DNA of 32,000 bases from Candidatus Thorarchaeota archaeon (GTDB lineage: Archaea > Asgardarchaeota > Heimdallarchaeia > Hodarchaeales > Hodarchaeaceae), in NCBI GenBank assembly GCA_048882505.1, contig JBHLRO010000014.1:66154-98153 (forward strand), written 5' to 3'. Below are positions 23,352 through 32,000 of this stretch, in pieces. Position 1 is the first letter of the stretch. Each line of letters begins with the position of its first letter. The translations under genes were made by a program, and so were the position numbers. The notes below the pieces were generated by a model. It was not told the origin of the DNA, made no database searches, and saw only the letters and a program-made list of their open reading frames with translations.

Positions 23352-25910
23352 ATGGAACAACTGCTAATGAAATCCACCAAAAAGATAATCCTTGTCACCA
23401 TGATTTTATCTTTTGCCTTCTTCGGTTCATACAAGGGATTTCATGGACATACGAAAGGGGAGATTCTCTCTTACCAGTTCACGGAATCGTTTGACACCCA
23501 AACCTATCTCGACACTAGTGCTACAACCGCTCTTGGGTGGGGCGGTGGGAACCTTTCTGTCCCTTTGAAGAACTGGAATAGCATGATTTACAAATCTGCC
23601 AAACGGGATGGAAACATTTTCATAAATGGATCAGGAATCGGGGTGATGAATTCCGACGCTGGTTCAATTGGCATCTATAATTTTAGTAATCCCTTGAATC
23701 CTATCGAACTTGCTCAAAAATACACCCCTTGGACCGATGAAGCGCTATTTCTGTACAAAGACCATGTATATATTGCGAGTGGGGGAAATGGTGTAGGCAT
23801 CATCGATATCCGCGATTTATCCAATCTTTCGGATCCCTTGTACGTTCCCACGAGTCTAAACGCCAATGATCTGGTCGTGGAGAGGGATTTCGTTTTTGTT
23901 GTGGATAAAACGAATCTTGCAATCTTCAATATTACCGACCCGGTCAATCCTGGCCCAGTTATTTACCAAACAGCAGACACAGCAGATCATATTGCTGTCT
24001 ACAATGGTTTTGCGTATATGACGTGCAGGGATAGGATTGGAATCGTCGATGTTTCAGATCCAACCAACCCCTCTGGTATTTTTTATCGGGATGGCTTTGG
24101 GGGGTATACGCTCGAAGGAATTCACATCACAAATGATCTTGCTTTCGTGGCCGTAGATCATGGAGGATTAGCGATCTTCAATGTGAGCGATTCGTGGAAT
24201 CCAAGTGTTCCAGTTCTCATAGATACAGGATTCCTCAATATTATAGACGTACGGCCTTCCGATATACTTGTTTATGGTGATGTCGCAATCTTGGTGATCT
24301 CTGACACGAATAACGACTATTGTGGGTTGGTAGCGATCGATGTTTCCGAGTTGAACGACCTCAAAACCATGATCTCAATCGAGTTGAATCTTTACCAGGC
24401 ATTGAACTTAGCCATTTTCAATGATTATTTGTACGTTACTGGGAGGGATATTGTGAATTATCAATCAGAACCATATGTGATTATAACGTATTTCAAAGAT
24501 GTTCTCAAATGGGATTCACCCGTTATTGCTCAAACTTCATCTATTCATTATGGTGGGAAGGTTCGAAATGTTACTGTACAGTCGAACGAATTGGTCGGAT
24601 TAAATTCGAGTATTACTCACCATGTTTCATTCGACAAACGAACTTGGTACAATGTATCACTGAATGAAACTCATTCGTTCACAACCAATACTGATTTTAA
24701 CTTCTATTGGCGAGTAGTTCTATTCACTGAGGTAAATGAGACGACTCCTCCAATTATTTATGAAATTTCGATTCAATACGATGTCTATTACTCCGCAACT
24801 ACTACTAGTGCTCCGACCACAGCGATAATTCCACCTGGTGAAACTAGGATCTTCGATTTTTCAATCCTGAATATTTATGATTTCTCCTTTTCAACCTCTC
24901 TTTCAGCGGGTTCCACTCAAATCAATCTGAACAACCTCCAATCAGGCCGAAATTTGCAGATTATCGTTTCTCCACGTCCAAACTTAAGATCAACAGTCTT
25001 TCTTCTCTCTAATAGCGGACTCCAATCCGAAATTACCTGGCAACTCATAAATCCTCAAGGATTTCCCAAATTGGCCGTAACTCAATCAGCTGGTGAGACT
25101 ACGACTAGATCGATAACCATAGATGCATCAGGATCATGGAGCCTTCTGTTTCAGTGGGACGACTCAATTGAGGCCACGCTTTTTGATTGTCAGGTCACAT
25201 TTACACCCGTGTCAGGAAATCCCCAGTCGATCAATCCAGATCCCCTGTTTCTACCTGTATTGATTTTTACGATACTGCTTTCAATAGTAGGAATTATTCT
25301 TTACAGATCGGTTCCCGCTTGGCGTCGAGAACAGCAAAAACGTGCTATAAAACCACCCCTTCAAAAACCGAGTTTCCGACTGGATATTAAAAAATCTGGA
25401 AAGGAAATCCCCAAAACTCAAACCCCTCAGCACAAGGTTCAACTTATTAGACAAAAGGCGAAACAAGACCCCGTTCCCCTCCAACCTAGGGTGAAAACTG
25501 AAATACCCAGTGAAGTACCAATTTTAATTTGGGCTATTGCTGGTATGCAGATTCTAATGGGCATTTTTTCCCTATCTTTTAACCTTTTACTTGGAATCTT
25601 AATATTGGCAAGTGGGATTCTGACGATTCCTGCTTACTCTCAAAACATGGAAGCAAGGAGAAAACGTGAGCGAGAAAGTGTTGGTCTTAAGGCGGTAAAT
25701 AGGATTACACTGGACGGTACGATCCCCGAACCTATAGGACGAATTTCCTTCTTCTGCCAGCTCGACAACCTACAACATCCAAAGACCACAGCGGGTTATC
25801 AGTGTCAGAATTGTTCACGAATGGTTTGTGCGGACTGTTATGAAAAGAGTATCAAGGTGGGGGTGCCTGAGTGTCCGTTTTGTGACGGTCCATTGAAAAG
25901 AATACAGTAG
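23352..25910 (+). CDS. LVIVD-repeat surface protein with TM helices and a C-terminal RING-like zinc finger
   Basis: Signal peptide; repeats IGIYNFSNP, VGIIDIRD, LAIFNITDP, IGIVDVSDP, LAIFNVSD, LVAIDVSE; TM segments; CQLD...CQNC-x4-CADC-x11-CPFC. Confidence 0.85.
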   Translation: MEQLLMKSTKKIILVTMILSFAFFGSYKGFHGHTKGEILSYQFTESFDTQTYLDTSATTALGWGGGNLSVPLKNWNSMIYKSAKRDGNIFINGSGIGVMNSDAGSIGIYNFSNPLNPIELAQKYTPWTDEALFLYKDHVYIASGGNGVGIIDIRDLSNLSDPLYVPTSLNANDLVVERDFVFVVDKTNLAIFNITDPVNPGPVIYQTADTADHIAVYNGFAYMTCRDRIGIVDVSDPTNPSGIFYRDGFGGYTLEGIHITNDLAFVAVDHGGLAIFNVSDSWNPSVPVLIDTGFLNIIDVRPSDILVYGDVAILVISDTNNDYCGLVAIDVSELNDLKTMISIELNLYQALNLAIFNDYLYVTGRDIVNYQSEPYVIITYFKDVLKWDSPVIAQTSSIHYGGKVRNVTVQSNELVGLNSSITHHVSFDKRTWYNVSLNETHSFTTNTDFNFYWRVVLFTEVNETTPPIIYEISIQYDVYYSATTTSAPTTAIIPPGETRIFDFSILNIYDFSFSTSLSAGSTQINLNNLQSGRNLQIIVSPRPNLRSTVFLLSNSGLQSEITWQLINPQGFPKLAVTQSAGETTTRSITIDASGSWSLLFQWDDSIEATLFDCQVTFTPVSGNPQSINPDPLFLPVLIFTILLSIVGIILYRSVPAWRREQQKRAIKPPLQKPSFRLDIKKSGKEIPKTQTPQHKVQLIRQKAKQDPVPLQPRVKTEIPSEVPILIWAIAGMQILMGIFSLSFNLLLGILILASGILTIPAYSQNMEARRKRERESVGLKAVNRITLDGTIPEPIGRISFFCQLDNLQHPKTTAGYQCQNCSRMVCADCYEKSIKVGVPECPFCDGPLKRIQ

Positions 25911-26020
25911 AAAGTTTTTTACACATCATCCCGTGCTTCCTATCCTCATGGCCGGCGCCATAACGGTTGGGTCCTGCATAAGTATAACACGAGTACAGTA
26001 TCCGAAGGCGAGATCCAAGA

Positions 26021-26800
26021 ATGAAGCATTTATTACAGAAAGAAGATTTATTGCGAGAAATTTTGGTTATCATTTGCTTCTTACAGCTTTTACGTGAACT
26101 ATTGATTGTCATATTACCTATTGAAGTAAACATAGTTAATATCTACTCACCAGTATATTTGATCATTGGAGGGCCAATATCTGAAGAACTTCTATTCCGT
26201 TTGGTTACCATGGGGTGGATTGGGCGTGGAAATGGGTATCCTTCGGTTACTGATACCAATAATAGCCTATCTAGGATAGTTCAAACAATTTTCATTGTAA
26301 CTGGGTCAGTTATCTTTGGTTACGTTCACACGTTTACCTATGGAGAAGCGTCCTTTTCCTATTACATGACTGGAGGCATCATATATGGGATTCTATTTTT
26401 TAGATACGGCTTTGTGATGTGTCTAGGTTGGCATATGTTAAACAACTTGACAAGTTTTATTGAAATGGAAATGATCTCATTTCCTCCTGTTTTTAGTGTT
26501 TTTCGAATTGCACTGATCGGTTTTTATGTTTTCATCGTTGAACGGCGGAAGGGGTTCATCTCTGATTTGTTTCAGAAACTAAAACAGCAAAGACCATTCT
26601 TAGTGGCTTTTTTGCTAATTTTCTCGATACTAGGTACGATATTCGTTGATTTAGGTTATTCCTTGTTTATGATAACGTTAATCTTCAGCTTAGCACTAAT
26701 AGATTCATTGGAAGTGATTTCTTGGAACTCAGCACATCGCATAATAAACCATATCAAACGGGATGATCGAGGGAACCATCTCTCTAAACAGGGAAAGTAA
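26021..26800 (+). CDS. CPBP (CAAX protease / Abi family) intramembrane metalloprotease
   Basis: GPISEELLFR, FGYVH and HMLNN motifs in a multi-TM protein. Confidence 0.88.
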   Translation: MKHLLQKEDLLREILVIICFLQLLRELLIVILPIEVNIVNIYSPVYLIIGGPISEELLFRLVTMGWIGRGNGYPSVTDTNNSLSRIVQTIFIVTGSVIFGYVHTFTYGEASFSYYMTGGIIYGILFFRYGFVMCLGWHMLNNLTSFIEMEMISFPPVFSVFRIALIGFYVFIVERRKGFISDLFQKLKQQRPFLVAFLLIFSILGTIFVDLGYSLFMITLIFSLALIDSLEVISWNSAHRIINHIKRDDRGNHLSKQGK

Positions 26801-26862
26801 AGTGAAAGGTAGGGAACGGGAGAGGTGGCCCTACGTGAGGAAAAAACTTAATAGCGCTAGAT

Positions 26863-27258
26863 TCATCCATCATCCCACTCCTCCCATTCCTCCTGATCAT
26901 TTGTATCGATTCCCCGCACATCGTACTCCTCTTCCATGTCGTCCTGTTCCAATAATGCCGCGCGGTCTATGGGGTGCTCGTAGGTGGCAATGGTTTTTAT
27001 GGGAATGTCTGCATACTTGGTTGGAGCCACCCGTAATGTTTCGTACCCGATTCGTTTCTCAAACAGGTCTGGGTATTCCTCTTTCAACGTCTTCGGGGAA
27101 GCCTTCAACCGCCAATAAGTAATGGGGCCAGAATAACTAATGCGGAGACCTCGGGTCTCAATTGTCCTTAGGCCATCACCCGCCATGAAATCCTTCATCT
27201 TCTCAATGTGTGTGTCTAATTGGCGTTCTACTTGACGTAACTCCATTCTGAGCTCCAT
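26863..27258 (-). CDS. Hypothetical protein resembling the accessory C-terminal region of phage YqaJ-type exonucleases
   Basis: Coiled coil then ...PKTLKEEYPDLFEK...YETLRV and an acidic tail; TTTAAAAA about 30 nt upstream. The family resemblance is from memory only. Confidence 0.55.
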   Translation of the reverse strand: MELRMELRQVERQLDTHIEKMKDFMAGDGLRTIETRGLRISYSGPITYWRLKASPKTLKEEYPDLFEKRIGYETLRVAPTKYADIPIKTIATYEHPIDRAALLEQDDMEEEYDVRGIDTNDQEEWEEWDDG

Positions 27259-27776
27259 CCGTCTGAGAACTCGGATGCCTGTTCACATTTTTAAAGCTGG
27301 CCACCCTATTTTATTTGTTTAAGCAAACCAGGATCTCACATATTGATCCGTCCTCTCGATTTTCATCTCGTTTCATTCGCTTGAATCATAGATAATCCGT
27401 TGTAGCTCCTTCCTCAATGATACCAAAATCGTAAACCAGATTTCCGCTATGATCCGTATCGATTGCCCCTTCTGATGGTGTTACAAGTAACATAGTGCTA
27501 CCACTTCCACTCGGTCGAGTGGCCAATAAGGGAAAAATATGATATTAAGGTGTTTTCCAGCTTTTTACGTAGTCGGAAAGCAATTCCCATTACGATCATC
27601 GAAGTAAGAGGTTACTCAAATCCAGGATCCATATCTGAAGGTCTTCCGACAATGAGTAACACCTGTAGAGTCGATAAATCCTGGTAATGGGTATCTGGAT
27701 GCTTTTTGTTATAAAGTAGAATGCGAACAGAGTTGTCGAGTTTAAAAGGGATTACCGCTAGAGCCAGCGAATACCA

Positions 27777-28415
27777 ATGGTATCCGTCCTGCTGTGCAAG
27801 AAAGAACCCGAAATCTTGGCCACCTACCTAGAACAATACCTTCACGATGTGCATCGTAAGGTACTCGAGGGTAGAGACTTCGAGAGTGCGACCATTATTG
27901 GAGAAATTAAAAGGACCGAAGATATGTTCAATTCGGTTCTAGATCGCCGCTTAATCAATCAAGCGAAAAAAATGTGGTTGAAGAAAGGAAAACGGGCTTT
28001 TTTGATCATGGCAGGAGTATACAGTGATTCGCGTCTACGGTTGGAGCCTGTCATGGGGGCCTTAGTTAAAGCCGCTTATGATTACAATGTCACAGCCATC
28101 CAAGTTCCATTAGACGAACAAATTATCGCGTGGGTGATTCATACTCTCCTTAAATACGACGGGAAACCGCCCCGCCCGAATGATTGGAAGATGATGGAGT
28201 GGGTACCCAAGCTACGGGACAATGTGACCGAAAACATGCTTAAATGCGTCCCTGGTATAGGATGGAAGACCGCCAAGGCGATTGCGAACGTCCTCCCTAC
28301 CATCAAGGAGGTTAGCGCGGCCTCGATTGGTGATCTGCAGAAGATCCCCACCATCGGCCCGAAAATTGCGACCTCCGTCCATAACGCAGTTCACAAGGGA
28401 GAGGTCTCTGAGTGA
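27777..28415 (+). CDS. ERCC4/XPF-family nuclease with tandem helix-hairpin-helix motifs
   Basis: RDF...GEIKRTEDMFNSVLDRRLINQA nuclease motif; VPGIGWKTA and IPTIGPKIA HhH motifs. Confidence 0.88.
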   Translation: MVSVLLCKKEPEILATYLEQYLHDVHRKVLEGRDFESATIIGEIKRTEDMFNSVLDRRLINQAKKMWLKKGKRAFLIMAGVYSDSRLRLEPVMGALVKAAYDYNVTAIQVPLDEQIIAWVIHTLLKYDGKPPRPNDWKMMEWVPKLRDNVTENMLKCVPGIGWKTAKAIANVLPTIKEVSAASIGDLQKIPTIGPKIATSVHNAVHKGEVSE

Positions 28416-29104
28416 CGGGTCATGCCCCAGATTTTACTGCTGCCGAAAATGATGTCATCCGCCGCTACTACCCATGGTTGAACCGAGACAGTGTGAAAAC
28501 CAGGCTCTCAGGGCACCCCTGGTCTGACATCCAAAGACAAGCGCTTGCCTTGGGCGTGCCACGGGATCCCCATCTGTCCCGTATCCGCCTGACCGAAAAT
28601 GAATTCCAGACCGTCCTTCACCGTTTCACTCATCGCGGCGGGGTGCTCATCGAGCTCAGTCGGATCTTGAAACGACCTACCAAGGATCTGCGGCGCTTCA
28701 TAGAAGTATTGATCGAACAGAAACAGCTACCGCCGGACACGGGTACTCCTAAGGAGCGACGCCAACGCAAATTCACCTATCTCTGGCAATTGCTGGACGA
28801 GATACTCGTCTTTCTACCGCCGCGGTTTGAGCGTGCTCAGATCACAACCTATCTCGAGGAGGTCATTGAGCAGTTGAAAACCAATGGATGGTTTCAGCAT
28901 CGGGCGGCCTCCCACACCATCGCTTATGCCCTGGTGTGCTACGTCTGCCACCAGGTGGCCTCGCCCGACGACCCCAAGTTCATTGTACCCGCACCCAAAC
29001 GGAATGCGGTGGACAAGATCCGATGCCTGATCGGAAAACAGATTGAACCCGTGACCCAGGCCAAGAGCCAGTCCGTGGCCGATTCGGCCTCCATCCTGGG
29101 TTAA
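28412..29104 (+). CDS. Myb/SANT-like repeat protein with helical C-terminal domain
   Basis: FTAAENDVIRRYYP...RLSGHPWSDIQRQALALGV; GTGA overlap with the ERCC4 gene stop. Confidence 0.65.
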   Translation: MTGHAPDFTAAENDVIRRYYPWLNRDSVKTRLSGHPWSDIQRQALALGVPRDPHLSRIRLTENEFQTVLHRFTHRGGVLIELSRILKRPTKDLRRFIEVLIEQKQLPPDTGTPKERRQRKFTYLWQLLDEILVFLPPRFERAQITTYLEEVIEQLKTNGWFQHRAASHTIAYALVCYVCHQVASPDDPKFIVPAPKRNAVDKIRCLIGKQIEPVTQAKSQSVADSASILG

Positions 29105-29252
29105 GGATCGCGGGCCTGCACGACCGCGTCTAAACTGGGACGGGGGAGAATAATCGAGACAATAGAGATGAGCAGTCGCTGGACGCCATACGAGACAAGA
29201 GCGACCAGGAGGCTGGAAGGCCAAGGAACGGCCTGAGTCAGACGCTGAACCT

Positions 29253-29807
29253 TCAGGCTTCCGTCTCCCCTACCTCGGCCATTGGAGGGATGACCCACCA
29301 ATCGTATTTATTCTTGGATTCGGAGTGTTCTCGTTCTTCCTTCTGGATCACTCCTTCGTTGGCCAGTATTTCAAGCGTGTTATAGAACGTGTACTTGTCT
29401 ATGTCATACCCTTGGCTCGTGAGTACGTCATACGCCCGGGATTTCGAGATCCCTTGCCCCGCCAGCTTGGTGAGGATCAACTCTTTAAGCTCGTTTTCAT
29501 CCGTCAAGGAATCTTGGTCTTGTTCCCCCGCCGCATTTCGGAATTCGAGATTGAGGCGCCGCCCTTCCACCAAGAACTGCTGCAGATAGGTGGTGACCAA
29601 AGCTGTGGGGCCACTGCAGGGCAGTCGTACTTTGTCACCATACGTGATTTCGTCATTCGCGCCTACACGGGATTCTTGGATCTCGATGGAGGCCCGCGCT
29701 ATCCCCCACTCGGGATGTGGGCTCGGGGGCCAGAGTTTGACGGTCACGAAGCGTTTCGGACTAATTGTGATTCGTTCATACATAATGGGTCGATTTTCGG
29801 AGGTCAT
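29253..29807 (-). CDS. Putative DNA-binding protein: beta-rich N-domain plus C-terminal winged helix
   Basis: GAGGG RBS before ATG 29807; LKELILTKL...ISKSRAYDVL...FYNTLEILANEGVIQKEE...WWV is wHTH-like. Confidence 0.7.
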   Translation of the reverse strand: MTSENRPIMYERITISPKRFVTVKLWPPSPHPEWGIARASIEIQESRVGANDEITYGDKVRLPCSGPTALVTTYLQQFLVEGRRLNLEFRNAAGEQDQDSLTDENELKELILTKLAGQGISKSRAYDVLTSQGYDIDKYTFYNTLEILANEGVIQKEEREHSESKNKYDWWVIPPMAEVGETEA

Positions 29808-30046
29808 ACTTGATTCCCTCTGGACTTTGTAAGGTTCAACCCCCATTGCTGAAGATCTTTTTATACCTGGAAACGACCAGATTTTTTTTCCACCTATATA
29901 AAGGGGGTTTGGGGATGGTGCGTGGAAACAAGTTCTTGTTTTCTCTCCACGGCAACCCTCATCTCTTTTGGAGGCCAGCTTGCCTCTGGCCTCACCTTTC
30001 CTCCTTTAAATCAGTTCAAGACCTAATATAATCGTAGATTTCAGCT

Positions 30047-31195
30047 TCATTCGTTCTCTATTCGTACTAATGTTTTAAGAAAGGAAACGTAACCCCTATC
30101 TTTCTCTCCCTGTAAAATGAACAAATCGAGCCTCTTTTCCATCGTTCCAAGGCCCACTAAAAACTTCGAGAGATTCTCATAGAATCTAATGACCGACTCG
30201 TTTGACAAAATCGATGGGTCATAATTTGCACGGTTGAGGGCTTTTTCAATCCAATAATTGTATTGTTCCCAATGCACTTTCTGATGAACCGTGTTTTGGG
30301 AGAACAGGAGGTAGGGGACTCCTTCGGGGGGTTGTTCGGTAAATAAATATCGAAAAACATTGGTAATGATTTCTAGAGTTGATACGATCGCTTCAAGTAG
30401 CGTTAAGGCTTCCATGTCTCTAAAGCTGAAGTGATACGATAATCTGATTCCAGATAGAGCCTGATGTGCTGCCATCATATCTTTTTGAAACGAACCAAAA
30501 TAGCTGGTACTATCTATCTGTTTGTAAGACAAGAACGTAGTTATTTGTTGAACTCGAGATATTATATCGCTTTTAACTCGTTTGAATTCAACCAAAAACC
30601 TCTGCCTGAAAAGAGGTATAGCTTTATTCAGATATAATGTGTTTAACTCTTCAATGGTATCACCAGAGGTTGTGACCACGGTCAAATAGTGTTGAATGAG
30701 TTTGATGTCATAGAAGTTTTGAAAATAGCGATAGCTCATTCTGATTAAAAGAAAACCAACTAACAGCCCACAAATCCAACCTATGTAGGTGTTAAGCTCA
30801 TCATAGAAACTTATCAACACTGGATCGAAGAGGGGGACGGCATTATTGCGTAAAATAACAATAACAAACGCAGAAATTAAATAAATGTCCCGTATTGTCT
30901 CGTTCAGGAATCTCTCCCAATAAGGTTGACTCAGTGTCGTGCGAAGTAAGAATGCCCCCTTAGGCAGATGTCGATCATAGAAGAGCCAGATGGGTAAGTT
31001 AATACACAATCCTTCAAGGAGAGGTAAGATAGACAAAATAATGAATATTGTGCCAGACCAGAATAGCAAAATTTGGATGTTTTGTAAGAGAGAGGACAAC
31101 GGTTGGAGAAGAAGGGCAATGGAAAGACAAATGGAACAAAACGCTTTAGCCGCTGTACTTGTCTGGGTTCCTGATTCCAAATGAATAATAGACAA
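30047..31195 (-). CDS. Hypothetical membrane protein with a C-terminal helical domain
   Basis: About four hydrophobic segments in the N-terminal half; AT-rich. Confidence 0.7.
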   Translation of the reverse strand: MSIIHLESGTQTSTAAKAFCSICLSIALLLQPLSSLLQNIQILLFWSGTIFIILSILPLLEGLCINLPIWLFYDRHLPKGAFLLRTTLSQPYWERFLNETIRDIYLISAFVIVILRNNAVPLFDPVLISFYDELNTYIGWICGLLVGFLLIRMSYRYFQNFYDIKLIQHYLTVVTTSGDTIEELNTLYLNKAIPLFRQRFLVEFKRVKSDIISRVQQITTFLSYKQIDSTSYFGSFQKDMMAAHQALSGIRLSYHFSFRDMEALTLLEAIVSTLEIITNVFRYLFTEQPPEGVPYLLFSQNTVHQKVHWEQYNYWIEKALNRANYDPSILSNESVIRFYENLSKFLVGLGTMEKRLDLFILQGEKDRGYVSFLKTLVRIENE

Positions 31196-31335
31196 TCCTT
31201 ATGTCACTCCATTCAACACTCGTTTTGGATTTAATTATGCTCTTTTATTAAGATGGTAGGTCTTGAAGCGCTTCAGGCTGCTGCGAAGAGAGGATTCCAT
31301 TGCCTAGACATTGAAAGAATGAAGGGTGTGATAAC

Positions 31336-31354
31336 AAAAAAAGGAGGGAAAAAA
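31336..31354 (-). terminator. T-tract terminator downstream of the LuxC-like gene
   Basis: TTTTTT-CCCTCC-TTTTTTT on the minus strand 12 nt after the stop. Confidence 0.45.
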
Positions 31355-31366
31355 GAATTAGGGGAT

Positions 31367-31999
31367 TTAGATTGTCTGTTCGTCCATGACCCACTTCACT
31401 TGCCGCCTTAGAGGCTCGATGGCATCCTGTGGTGTGGCAAAGCTTCCATTACCAGCATGGCCCAAGGACACAATCCGTTGAACACCATGCATGACCAACC
31501 GATCCCGAATGTGAGTTTTGAGGGTTTCAGGGTAAATGCCCGCCGTCTGCGTATAGGCATTGGTCGATTGGACGGCGGTTTCAATGGAATCAACAGGGAC
31601 TATGTTGGCCACGCGAGAACAGAGTTGGGCAGAGAAGTCCACAGGTTCATCCCATTGCGAGACGATCACTGCGCCTTCATTGTTTTGGCCACCATACACC
31701 TGGTAGAAGTCGTCGGTCAGGCGGATCGCGTCAATCTCGTTCTTCAGTTCGGCATTGAACACCTTGGGTGCGGTGGAGAACTCTGGCGGGAGGTTCATCA
31801 AGGCAGAATACAGGTACTGGCCAAACTGATTGGCTTTTTCAATGCCTTCCGCATCCGTACCGCTCTCCACATAGATCACCCGAGCGCAGACGCATGCTTC
31901 CTGGTTGAACACCCCGACGTCTCTGGCGGCTAACGCTGCAGCGGTGTAAATAGCATCTCGGCTGTTAAAGGCCTCTTTCCCGACAATGGAGGTGGATAA
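31367..31999 (-). CDS. Acyl-CoA reductase (LuxC-like, ALDH superfamily), 5' end beyond the window
   Basis: Frame is open to the window edge: AARDVGVFNQEACVCARVIYVE (catalytic Cys region), QTAGIYP, GVQRIVSLG. Confidence 0.85.
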   Translation of the reverse strand, partial: LSTSIVGKEAFNSRDAIYTAAALAARDVGVFNQEACVCARVIYVESGTDAEGIEKANQFGQYLYSALMNLPPEFSTAPKVFNAELKNEIDAIRLTDDFYQVYGGQNNEGAVIVSQWDEPVDFSAQLCSRVANIVPVDSIETAVQSTNAYTQTAGIYPETLKTHIRDRLVMHGVQRIVSLGHAGNGSFATPQDAIEPLRRQVKWVMDEQTI

Positions 32000-32000
32000 C

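Noticed and set aside
27300-27770. Possible degraded gene in the 470-nt gap
   Set aside because: Only short stop-bounded fragments with no family resemblance.
29101-29301. 66-aa minus-strand ORF
   Set aside because: Overlaps the neighbouring gene end, with no RBS or motif support.

Overview
An archaeal accessory region, most likely from an Asgard archaeon (inferred from a longin-like protein, RING fingers, an LVIVD surface protein, TATA boxes about 26-30 nt upstream of start codons, and GGAGG/GAGGTGA ribosome-binding sites). No rRNA, tRNA, CRISPR array, integrase or transposase is recognisable. The first 9.4 kb holds a cluster of ~490-500 aa paralogs with a tandem (Lrp/AsnC-like wHTH + alpha/beta domain)x2 architecture: three complete copies, one cut by the window edge and two decayed relics found by reading the sequence. 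This cluster is interleaved with a 5-repeat Myb/SANT-like protein, small wHTH-like ORFs and a stand-alone receiver. Two distant small ORFs (2810-3004, and 15731-15856 which is absent from the ORF track) look like signal-peptide precursors ending in the same GN-x2-3-GPxPP-x3-stop motif, a candidate peptide-signal family. AT-rich blocks carry a coiled-coil + PIN-like pair and a caspase-TPR / LVIVD-TM-RING / CPBP protease trio. The rest includes two PD-(D/E)XK nucleases, an ERCC4-HhH nuclease, VKOR, AbrB, several zinc fingers, two more Myb-like proteins and a partial LuxC-like reductase. All family calls come from motifs read by eye; no database searches were run.
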